Part shown: piece by piece, positions 29,938-37,252 of the stretch
How the letters are laid out: each line of letters begins with the position of its first letter
Numbering within the stretch: the first letter of the stretch is position 1
From: a virus
IMG/VR virus record: IMGVR_UViG_3300020079_000009
DNA: 64,000 nucleotides
Direction: 5' to 3' (one strand)
Program-made: the position numbers and the translations under genes
Notes under the pieces: generated by a model
Databases searched by the model: none
The model's input: only the letters and a program-made list of their open reading frames with translations
What the model was told of the DNA's origin: nothing

Positions 29938-30297
29938 ATGGCAAACACTAAGAAGATGACTAAGCGTGAGATGTTCGAGCAGATTAAGGCTTCCTACCCT
30001 CTGACTGAGGCTGAGGTTGAGTTCATTGACCACGAACTCGAACTGCTCGCAAAGAAGAACAGTGCCGAGAAGAAGCCTACCGCTGTGCAGGTGGCTAATG
30101 AGGGCATTAAGGGCGACATTGTCGCAGGTATGGAGCAGGGTAAGTCCTACACCATCACTGACCTGATGAAGACCATTCCTGCCTGTGCCGAACTGAGCAA
30201 CCAGCGTGTGTCTGCTCTTGTTCGTCAGCTCGTCACTGATGGCGTGGTTGTGCGAACTGAGGAAAAGCGTAAGGCTTATTTCTCCCTCGCTGACTAA
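29938..30297 (+). CDS. winged-helix-like protein, paralog A1 of a triplicated family
   Basis: MANTKKMTKREMFEQIK... is ~75-80% identical to the products of 33663..34022 and 34524..34883. C-terminal TITDLMK..LSNQRVSALVRQLVTDG..RTEEKRKAYFS resembles a winged HTH. Confidence 0.6.
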   Translation: MANTKKMTKREMFEQIKASYPLTEAEVEFIDHELELLAKKNSAEKKPTAVQVANEGIKGDIVAGMEQGKSYTITDLMKTIPACAELSNQRVSALVRQLVTDGVVVRTEEKRKAYFSLAD

Positions 30298-30385
30298 GGG
30301 AAAAAAGTCAAGGGGAAATGCAAATTTCCCCTTGACAACCCCTTTGATGTGTGGTATAATGTAATTACAGAAAGGGGGATTGCCT

Positions 30386-30766
30386 ATGACAGCATCCGAG
30401 AGAGAAAAACTGATTGCCAAGCACATGGGTCTGTTAGGTATCAGCCGAGAGGAAGCCGAACAGTTGGTCGCTGATGATGAAGCAATCGACAAGGGAGCAA
30501 AACTCTTTGAGTTGAGTGCCGAGCAAGAAAAGGCAAGCAAAAAGGCAAGAGCCATTGGAACAAAGACCACCACCACAACCAAGACCACAACCAAGAGAGA
30601 ACGCAAAGCCGACAACGACAAGGCAATGCTGATTGACGAAATCAAGCAAGCCCTTGAGGGATTGGAAAGCATTGAGGGAATTGAGGTTACGAACGCCGAG
30701 AGGGAAATGCTTTTCCACTGCAATGGGCGAAAGTTTAAGGTGGTACTGTCTGCCCCTCGTTCCTAA
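30386..30766 (+). CDS. partner protein B1 (paralog of 35007..35375)
   Basis: MTASEREKLIAKHMGLLGISREEAEQLVADDEAIDKG... aligns with ..LMKNLGISEEEALQVIADDKAIDRG.. Thr/Lys-rich linker. Confidence 0.5.
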   Translation: MTASEREKLIAKHMGLLGISREEAEQLVADDEAIDKGAKLFELSAEQEKASKKARAIGTKTTTTTKTTTKRERKADNDKAMLIDEIKQALEGLESIEGIEVTNAEREMLFHCNGRKFKVVLSAPRS

Positions 30767-30789
30767 CTTGTCAATGGGCGAAAGTCACA

Positions 30790-30970
30790 AACTTTCGCCC
30801 TAATTTTTGTGCATTTTTACCACTTGACAAATCGGGCCGGCTGTGGTATAATGGCCGCCCGTGCACAAGTGCGCGGGCCGGTATTCCTGTCAATAGTTAA
30901 TTTCAACAAAAATGCGGGCGAAAATTTGTGCAAATTGCCTATTGCAAAATCTCCCGAAACGTGGTATACT
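30790..30970 (+). promoter_or_regulatory. class-3 module with two promoters (TTGACA..TGGTATAAT inside a GGCCGGC hairpin, then TTGCAA-17-TATACT) and TGCACAA motifs
   Basis: cacTTGACAaatcgggccggctgtggTATAATggccgcccgTGCACAAgtgcgcgggccgg ... aaaatTTGTGCAaattgcctaTTGCAAaatctcccgaaacgtggTATACT. Confidence 0.5.
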
Positions 30971-30994
30971 AATAATGTCAGGAGGGATAGAACG

Positions 30995-31240
30995 ATGTTA
31001 GAACTGAACCAAGAGGAAAAGAAAGTAATCGAAAAGGTAGTTGACGGAATGACAGAATGCGGTCTGTTCTGCGGTCGGTACGATGCAAAGAATGGCAATG
31101 AGCATTTCATGTATGGGGTGAGCACTGTAATGGAATACCTCGCCTATCTTGTCAGCGATGAGTATGGGGATGAGTTCTCCGATGCTTTTACAAAAAATAT
31201 GATAAAAAGTGAAAAAAAGGTATTGACAAACGAGCATTGA
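30995..31240 (+). CDS. hypothetical protein (81 aa); C-terminus overlaps next promoter (..KKVLTNEH)
   Basis: Class-3 promoter at 30937-30970, RBS GGAGGGA, ATG 30995. Confidence 0.45.
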   Translation: MLELNQEEKKVIEKVVDGMTECGLFCGRYDAKNGNEHFMYGVSTVMEYLAYLVSDEYGDEFSDAFTKNMIKSEKKVLTNEH

Positions 31241-31283
31241 TGTGCTATAATAATTACAGAAAGAAACGAAAGAGGTAAACGCT

Positions 31284-31757
31284 ATGAATACACAGTTACT
31301 TATTACATTTATCATTCTTAACATTCTGAATGTTATCATTCAGACAGTGAAAAGTATCGCCACTGTGAAGTGCGGTAAAGGGGTCGCCGCAATCGTAAAT
31401 GCTGTTGCTTTTGGTCTTTACACAATTGTCACTGTTTACTTAATGTGTGAACTTGACCTTTACTTAAAGGCTGGCATTGTGGCTCTGTGCAACCTTGTTG
31501 GTGTGTATGTTGTTAAGTGGTGCGAAGAAAAGGCACGCAAGGACAAACTTTGGAAAGTTGAAGCAACTGTTCCCCACGAATGGACTGACGCAGTACATTT
31601 TGATTTGAAAGACATTCCCCACAACTATGTGGAAAATGTTGGAAAATATACCCTTTTCAATTTCTACTGTGCAACACAGAAAGAGAGTGCAAAGGTGCGT
31701 GACATTCTCGCACAGTATGAAGTGAAGTATTTTGTGAGCGAAAGCAAGACCCTTTAA
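31284..31757 (+). CDS. membrane protein (3 TM N-terminal + soluble C-terminal domain)
   Basis: Class-1 promoter at 31224-31252, RBS AAGAGGT; hydrophobic N-terminal half. Confidence 0.5.
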   Translation: MNTQLLITFIILNILNVIIQTVKSIATVKCGKGVAAIVNAVAFGLYTIVTVYLMCELDLYLKAGIVALCNLVGVYVVKWCEEKARKDKLWKVEATVPHEWTDAVHFDLKDIPHNYVENVGKYTLFNFYCATQKESAKVRDILAQYEVKYFVSESKTL

Positions 31758-31863
31758 TGGGTCAGCTTTTCGCCCGGGCGCAAAATATTTTTCAAAAACC
31801 TATTGACAAATCAAAATGAAAGTGCTATAATAATTACAGTTGATACGAAAGGATTTGATACCC

Positions 31864-32601
31864 ATGGCTCGCAAGAAAGAATTATTTTTAATCATCGACA
31901 CTGAAACAGCAAACACCATTGAACAGCCTTTGTGCTATGACATTGGCTATGCAATCTGTGACAGACAAGGCAAGATTTACCTTGAAAGAAGTTTTGTGGT
32001 TTCTGAAATGTTCCTCGACCACAAAGACTTGATGCAAAGTGCCTACTTTGCTGAAAAGATTCCCCAGTATTGGGATGACATTAAAAATGGCACTCGCACT
32101 TTGAAAAGCATTTTCAACATTCGCAAGCAAATCCATGAGGACATGAAAAAGTATTCCATTCGCAAGGTGGGTGCTTACAACATGGGTTTTGACAAGAGAG
32201 CATTGAATAATACAATTCGCTATTGTTCTCAATCTCGCTGGCGTTGGTTCTTCCCTTGGGGAACTGATTACATTTGCATTTGGAACATGGCTTGTCAAGT
32301 GGTTCTCAATCAAGTTTCCTATGTAAAATTTGCTTTACAGAATGGTTTAATTAGCGAAAGCGACAACATTCAGACAAGTGCTGAGGCTTGTTACAAGTTT
32401 CTGAAAAAGCAAGTTGATTTTGTGGAAAGCCACACAGGACTTGAGGATGTGAGAATTGAAGTTGAAATTCTCGCAAAGTGTTACGCAATGCACAGAAAAC
32501 TTGAAACTAAAATTTCCCCTGCGTGTTGGAGAATCCCCCAGAGAACACGCAAGGAAATGGACTTGAAAAAAGTTTTCAAAAATAGTGGGGAAAGGGCTTG
32601 A
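31864..32601 (+). CDS. DEDDh 3'-5' exonuclease paralog 2
   Basis: LIIDTETAN (Exo I), AYNMGFDKRAL (Exo II), HTGLEDVRIEVEIL (Exo III); class-1 promoter at 31803-31832. Confidence 0.65.
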   Translation: MARKKELFLIIDTETANTIEQPLCYDIGYAICDRQGKIYLERSFVVSEMFLDHKDLMQSAYFAEKIPQYWDDIKNGTRTLKSIFNIRKQIHEDMKKYSIRKVGAYNMGFDKRALNNTIRYCSQSRWRWFFPWGTDYICIWNMACQVVLNQVSYVKFALQNGLISESDNIQTSAEACYKFLKKQVDFVESHTGLEDVRIEVEILAKCYAMHRKLETKISPACWRIPQRTRKEMDLKKVFKNSGERA

Positions 32602-32659
32602 CAAAAGCCCTCCCCCATGGTATAATGAATACAGAAATTAAGGAAAGAGGTTGATACTA

Positions 32660-32818
32660 TGTTAGAACTTATTTGTCAAATTCCTGACCACATCGGTTGG
32701 GTGCTCGTTGGTGTTGTTGGCTGTCTGTGTGTGCAGATGCTTGGTCTGTTGATTGGTACTACCATCCAGGCAATCAAGGAACGAATTGAAGACCGCAACG
32801 AGGAATGCGAGGGTTAAT
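32660..32818 (+). CDS. small membrane peptide (52 aa)
   Basis: Promoter TTGACAaaagccctcccccatggTATAAT, RBS AAAGAGGT; hydrophobic core; terminator 32806-32832. Confidence 0.3.
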
Positions 32819-32844
32819 CCCTCGCTTTTTTGTTTGAGATTTCA

Positions 32845-33000
32845 GCGCCGCGCGCACGAACGTAGCGCGCGGAATTTACCATTATACCATACCCCGGCAT
32901 TTTTGTCAAGAGAAAATGTGCACAAAGATCGAGAAATAAAAATCCTGTAATTTGTGCATTCTGTCTATTGCAATCTGCTTCTGGATGTGGTATACTATCT
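32845..33000 (+). promoter_or_regulatory. class-3 module (GC hairpin CCGCGCGC..GCGCGCGG, antisense TTGACA-17-TGGTATAAT promoter on minus strand, operator, TGGTATACT promoter)
   Basis: Reverse complement is cTTGACAaaaatgccggggtatggTATAATggtaaattccgcgcgc... Confidence 0.5.
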
Positions 33001-33099
33001 ATGTCAGGTGAGGGGAGCACCCAAGAGGAGCTCAAAAAAACTTTGAAAAAAGTTAAAAAACCTCTTGACAAATAGCGCCGAGTGTGCTATAATAAATAC

Positions 33100-33300
33100 A
33101 GAAGTTAAGGGAAGCGACCCGAAGAGGGAAGCCCACGAGAGCGATGTAAGACTTCCCCCTTGAGCCAAGGCTCTTGCTTCTGACCGCAAGGTGTTCGCGT
33201 TTGCGGTATACAAGTGTGAACCAGTGCCCCAGAGGTTGAAGTAATAGGGGATTATGCGCGATACAATACCTCACACAAAAAAGTCAAGAATCTTGAAAAA
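33100..33300 (+). ncRNA. candidate noncoding RNA 1 (~200 nt, purine-rich, GC-rich relative to flanks) transcribed from the class-1 promoter at 33065-33093
   Basis: No RBS-preceded ORF; GC ~55% versus ~38% background; multiple local hairpins (e.g. ACCGCAAGGTGTTCGCGTTTGCGGT); ends at the next promoter. Confidence 0.4.
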
Positions 33301-33340
33301 AGGTCTTGACAAATACCGCAAAGTGTGGTATAATGATTAC

Positions 33341-33560
33341 AGTCAAGAGGGGAACCTTGACAGCGAAAGCCACCAAGGACAGTGGAAACAGACACGAAGC
33401 GAACTGAAACCCAAAGGATACACGAATCCCAGTAGCCCCCACAGAGCGTGGCAAAGCGATTGCGTGGTGAGGGTAGACTTAGGGCTGGGCCAGCAACAAG
33501 GCTGAGAAGTGGGCGAGTAGCGAAGATAAGAAAAAAAGTCGCGAATTTTTTTCGAAAACC
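33341..33560 (+). ncRNA. candidate noncoding RNA 2 (~220 nt) from the class-1 promoter at 33306-33334
   Basis: Purine-rich, no plausible ORF start with RBS; ends with AAAAAAAGTCGCGAATTTTTTT near the next promoter (33563-33591). Confidence 0.4.
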
Positions 33561-33662
33561 TCTTGACAAATCAAACCCCATGTGGTATAATTAAGATGTT
33601 CCAAGAGAGGAACGAAACTTCAAAAAGGGTCGCAACCAATAGCGAGAAATGGAGACGATACT

Positions 33663-34022
33663 ATGGCAAATGTTAAGAAGATGACTAAGGCTGACTACTT
33701 CCGCCAGATTATGGCAAACTACAACCTCACTGCTGACGAAAAGGCTTTCGTTGAGCATGAGCTGGAGCTTCTGGCAAAGAAGAACTCCGCAGAGAAGAAG
33801 CCGACTGCGGTTCAGGTCGCAAATGAGGGTATCAAGGCTGACATCCTCGAAGCCATGGAGAGTGGCAAGAAGTACACCATTACTGACCTCATGAAGAGTG
33901 TCGATGCGTGCGCTGACCTCTCCAATCAGCGAGTGAGCGCACTGGTGCGCCAGCTGGTTACTGAGGGTTCTGTGGAGCGCACTGAGGAGAAGCGCAAGGC
34001 TTACTTCTCCAAGGTGGACTAA
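33663..34022 (+). CDS. winged-helix-like protein, paralog A2
   Basis: MANVKKMTKADYFRQIM... paralog of A1/A3; promoter at 33563-33591. Confidence 0.6.
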   Translation: MANVKKMTKADYFRQIMANYNLTADEKAFVEHELELLAKKNSAEKKPTAVQVANEGIKADILEAMESGKKYTITDLMKSVDACADLSNQRVSALVRQLVTEGSVERTEEKRKAYFSKVD

Positions 34023-34039
34023 GGGCAAGGGGCGCAAGC

Positions 34040-34270
34040 CCCTCCCTCCCCTCTCTCAATTTTCACTTGACCCCTGGGGTGATTCGCTCCCCTGGGGGTT
34101 TTGTGCATTTTGCACAAAGCGCCGGCCCGGTCACGGCCAGCGTGACCGGAATTTTCCATTATACCACCGGCCGCAAATTTTGTCAAGAGAAAAGTTGCAC
34201 AAAAAATAAAAAATAATTTTCCTAAAATTTGTGCATTTTGACACTTGTATTTTCTCTTGGTCTGTGGTAT
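34040..34270 (+). promoter_or_regulatory. class-3 module: terminator GGGGCGCAAGCCCC, adjacent palindrome TTTGTGCAtttTGCACAAA (34108-34128), GC hairpin CCGGTCACG..CGTGACCGG, antisense promoter, operator TGCACAA-N..-TTGTGCA, TGGTATACT promoter with no downstream gene
   Basis: Near-identical to the 29430-29640 module (duplicated cassette). Confidence 0.5.
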
Positions 34271-34523
34271 ACTATTATTGTCAGTAAGGGAGAGCCGAAT
34301 TGATAGAGGTCAAAAAAAGTTTTTAAGAAATTTCAAAAAACCTCTTGACAAATCCCCCAAGATGTGCTATAATGAATACATCAAAGGGAGAGAGAAGTCA
34401 ACAGAGAGTTGAGAAAAAAAATAAAAAAACTTCAAAAAACCTCTTGACAAATCGCTCAACCTATGATATAATTAAATCATCAAAGGGAAGGAAAACCCAA
34501 CAAACCAGAAAGGAATTGATACT

Positions 34524-34883
34524 ATGGCTAATACTAAGAAGATGACTAAGAGAGAAATGTTTGAACAGATTAAGGCAAACTATGCCTTGAACGCAGACGA
34601 GATTGCGTTCATCGACCACGAGTTGGAATTGCTCGCAAAGAAAAACTCTGCTGAAAAGAAACCTACTGCTGTACAGGTTGCCAACGAAGGCATCAAGGCT
34701 GAAATCCTTGAAGGTATGGAAGTCGGCAAGAAGTACACTATCACAGATTTGATGAAGTCTGTGCCTGCGTGTGCAGAGTTGTCCAATCAGAGAGTGTCTG
34801 CCCTTGTCAGACAGTTGGTAACTGATGGCTCTGTTGAGAGAACAGAGGAAAAGAGAAAGGCTTACTTCTCCAAAGTAGCCTAA
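34524..34883 (+). CDS. winged-helix-like protein, paralog A3
   Basis: MANTKKMTKREMFEQIKANYALNADEIAFIDHELELLAKKNSAEKKPTAVQVANEGIK...; promoters at 34348-34378 and 34443-34471. Confidence 0.6.
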   Translation: MANTKKMTKREMFEQIKANYALNADEIAFIDHELELLAKKNSAEKKPTAVQVANEGIKAEILEGMEVGKKYTITDLMKSVPACAELSNQRVSALVRQLVTDGSVERTEEKRKAYFSKVA

Positions 34884-35006
34884 CTCCCCCAAGGGGGCAG
34901 AAATGCCCCCTCCCCTAAAAGGGCGGTAGAAAAAAATTTTGCAAAACCCCTTGACAGATAGCCTTAACTGTGCTATAATAAGGGTACAGTAAAGGAGTTG
35001 ATAACT

Positions 35007-35375
35007 ATGACAGAACAGGTTGCAAAGCTGATGAAAAATTTGGGTATCAGCGAAGAAGAGGCTCTGCAAGTCATCGCAGACGATAAGGCAATCGACAGGG
35101 GCGAGCGAATGTCCTTCGACCTTTCCAAAGAAGAAGAGAAAGCCGCCAAGAAGTACGCAAATGTGGGCGAAAAAACTGTGAAAACCCCACGAAAAGCGCC
35201 AGTTCGCAAGGAAAATGCGACAAAATCGCAGATAATTGCAGAAATTTCGGCATTTTTGAGCGAAAAAGGCTACGAAATGGTCGAAATCACCAATAAAGAG
35301 CGCCAAATCGCCTTCAAAGTTGGTGAAAATGACTATGAATTGACCCTTGTGCAGAAAAGAAAGCCGAAAAAGTAG
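35007..35375 (+). CDS. partner protein B3 (paralog of 30386..30766)
   Basis: Class-1 promoter at 34941-34969, RBS AAGGAG, ATG 35007. Confidence 0.5.
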   Translation: MTEQVAKLMKNLGISEEEALQVIADDKAIDRGERMSFDLSKEEEKAAKKYANVGEKTVKTPRKAPVRKENATKSQIIAEISAFLSEKGYEMVEITNKERQIAFKVGENDYELTLVQKRKPKK

Positions 35376-35404
35376 AAAAATCGCCCCAAAAGGGCGATTT
35401 TTTC

Positions 35405-35538
35405 GTCATTTTGCACAAAAACCGGCCGTTTTCGCCTGCGGCGGGCCGGAATTTCGTCAATTAGCAGATTCCACAAAGTTTTGGAGCGAAAATTGTGCAA
35501 AATTACCTGTTGACATTTCTCCCGAAATGGTGTATACT
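35405..35538 (+). promoter_or_regulatory. class-3 module (TGCACAAA, GC hairpin CCGGCC..GGCCGG, TTGTGCA, TTGACA-17-TATACT) driving gene 35564
   Basis: cgtcatttTGCACAAAaaccggccgttttcgcctgcggcgggccgg...aaaatTGTGCAaaattacctgTTGACAtttctcccgaaatggtgTATACT. Confidence 0.5.
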
Positions 35539-35563
35539 ATGTATAGAAAGTGAGGGAAACAAA

Positions 35564-35764
35564 ATGGAACAAGTTACGAAGTTTGTACTATCACGATTAC
35601 AACTTGCTGAACAGCGCCCTGTTTCTGCGAGCGTGTTTGAAGCACAAGCCTATGGGGCACTGGTTTACCATTGTGAGTTGAACCCCCAAGATGAAGAAAT
35701 GCTCATTCCGATGTGGGAAGAATGGCAACAAACATTTTGGAAAATAATTTCTGAAACCCCTTGA
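35564..35764 (+). CDS. small hypothetical protein (66 aa)
   Basis: Class-3 promoter at 35510-35538 (TTGACA-17-TATACT), RBS GTGAGGGAAA, ATG 35564. Confidence 0.4.
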   Translation: MEQVTKFVLSRLQLAEQRPVSASVFEAQAYGALVYHCELNPQDEEMLIPMWEEWQQTFWKIISETP

Positions 35765-35822
35765 CAAACCCCACAAAGTATGCTATAATAAATACAACAA
35801 AACAAAGAAAGAGGTAGATACT

Positions 35823-36071
35823 ATGATGAAGATTTCTGAGATGATTGCAATGCTGTCTGAGGTTATGGCTGACCATGGTGACAAGGAAGTTATCCTTGTG
35901 AATGATGCGACTGGTGAAATTCGCTATGCGTCTGGCATGACTGTTGACCTCGTTGAGGGTACTGTCACTATCGACCACATTTCCTATGGTGAAAAGCAGG
36001 AAATCGAAGCAGGTCTGGCTATGATGGAAGTGATGGCGAACATCATGGCGATTTGTGGGGGTAAGCAGTAA
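35823..36071 (+). CDS. hypothetical protein (82 aa)
   Basis: Class-1 promoter at 35762-35790, RBS AGAGGTAGATACTATG. Confidence 0.4.
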   Translation: MMKISEMIAMLSEVMADHGDKEVILVNDATGEIRYASGMTVDLVEGTVTIDHISYGEKQEIEAGLAMMEVMANIMAICGGKQ

Positions 36072-36337
36072 TGGCTCACATCCACTGCCCTATGAATGGT
36101 TGGGACTGTCCTTACTACAGCGACAGTCCCATCCCCTGCCAGTGTACACTGGATGACCCTATGAATGAGTGCGACGACTTCGCTGTCTTCTGGGACCCCG
36201 ATGATGATTACATCTGTCACGATGAGTGCCGAGGTTGTTCTACTTGCCACAATGCCGACCAAGATACGACCGACAAGGTGGCTTGCTGTAACTGCTGTGA
36301 AAACCATTCCTTTTATTCCCCTGCGTCCGAGGTGTAA
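36071..36337 (+). CDS. Cys-rich small protein (multiple CxxC)
   Basis: Start overlaps the upstream stop (ATGG); 14 Cys in 88 aa. Confidence 0.4.
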   Translation: MAHIHCPMNGWDCPYYSDSPIPCQCTLDDPMNECDDFAVFWDPDDDYICHDECRGCSTCHNADQDTTDKVACCNCCENHSFYSPASEV

Positions 36338-36374
36338 AAACCTCGGATTTTTTATTTTTGTTTCAAAAAACACT

Positions 36375-36745
36375 TGACAAGTGCGCCCGGGTATGGTATA
36401 ATAATAGTAGGTAGAGCGGGCCCTGGACGGAGGCCAGGTACCGAATTTCCGATCGGTACCCCCATATGCGATTTTTTCGGTGGAAAGTGCGGCCCTTCCA
36501 TATGCGTTCAATTTCCCGTAAAACCCGGCCGCCGATCGGTTCTTGTTTTCCCGATCGGTTCGCACCATATGACCATCCTGGCCGCAAAATCTTAATTCAA
36601 AATGCCTGGTTTCGGGCTCATATCGCCGCGTTTACATCTTCTCACGAGTTTGTGTTCAGCCCGAGAAAAATTTGACATTTTGAATTAAATTTGATATAAT
36701 ATAAAAAAAGGAGTCATTGCCGATCGGGACGCGCACCGACCGCAT
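36375..36745 (+). ncRNA. candidate ~300-nt structured noncoding transcript from promoter TTGACA-N17-TGGTATAAT (36375-36403); contains three CCGATCGG and three CCATATG palindromes
   Basis: No ORF >20 codons with RBS; GC-rich; local stems (CCTGGACGGAGGCCAGG, GGTACCGAATTTCCGATCGGTACC, TTTCGGGCTC...GAGCCCGAGAAA). Confidence 0.35.
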
Positions 36746-36808
36746 TTGATTTTTATAAAAAAATATGGTATAATATATACATAAGATATGAAAGAGAGGT
36801 AATTACCT

Positions 36809-37252
36809 ATGGTAAATCAGAAAGATATTCTTGCCAGACTGCAGGCTGGTGAGAGCGCAGATGTTATTGCCCAGGAGCTGGTAGACGCACTCAACGCAGC
36901 TAATGCCGAGTTCGCCGCTGAGCAGGAAAAGGCAAGCACTGCAAAGGCTAAGGCCGAGTACATTGAGGAAATTGGCGCGCTCATTAAAGATTACATCCTC
37001 GAGTTCCACGCTGGTTCTGCTGTCGCCGAGGCAATCGCTGATCAGGAGATCGATGCAGCTGAGATTGTTGAAATGATTGACGCCGCTTTCGAGCAGCTTG
37101 ATGCCGAGGTGCGCAAGCTCAAAGAGTTTGAGAAGATGCTGAAAGGTATCATGGACCATGCAGATCACGCTCCTAAGGCACCTGTAGGCGGCAAGATTGA
37201 GCCTAATGTAGATGCGCTTGGAGCATTTCTAAAAGCCAACGGTTTGGCTTAA
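36809..37252 (+). CDS. acidic alpha-helical protein (147 aa)
   Basis: Class-2-like promoter at 36745-36775, RBS AGAGAGGT; terminator at 37331-37362. Confidence 0.45.
   Translation: MVNQKDILARLQAGESADVIAQELVDALNAANAEFAAEQEKASTAKAKAEYIEEIGALIKDYILEFHAGSAVAEAIADQEIDAAEIVEMIDAAFEQLDAEVRKLKEFEKMLKGIMDHADHAPKAPVGGKIEPNVDALGAFLKANGLA

Noticed and set aside
33254-33505. 83-aa ORF inside the gene-less promoter-driven region.
   Set aside because: Its ATG is 2-3 nt after a G-run (no properly spaced RBS), it reads through a complete promoter (33306-33334), and the encoded sequence is low-complexity basic; it is more likely a chance ORF in a noncoding transcript.
25012-35540. Regularly spaced repeated modules could be mistaken for a CRISPR array or a MITE-like repeat family.
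   Set aside because: Units are 120-250 bp, irregularly spaced (1.5-2.5 kb), and composed of recognisable -35/-10 elements, operators and hairpins; there are no short identical direct repeats with uniform spacers.
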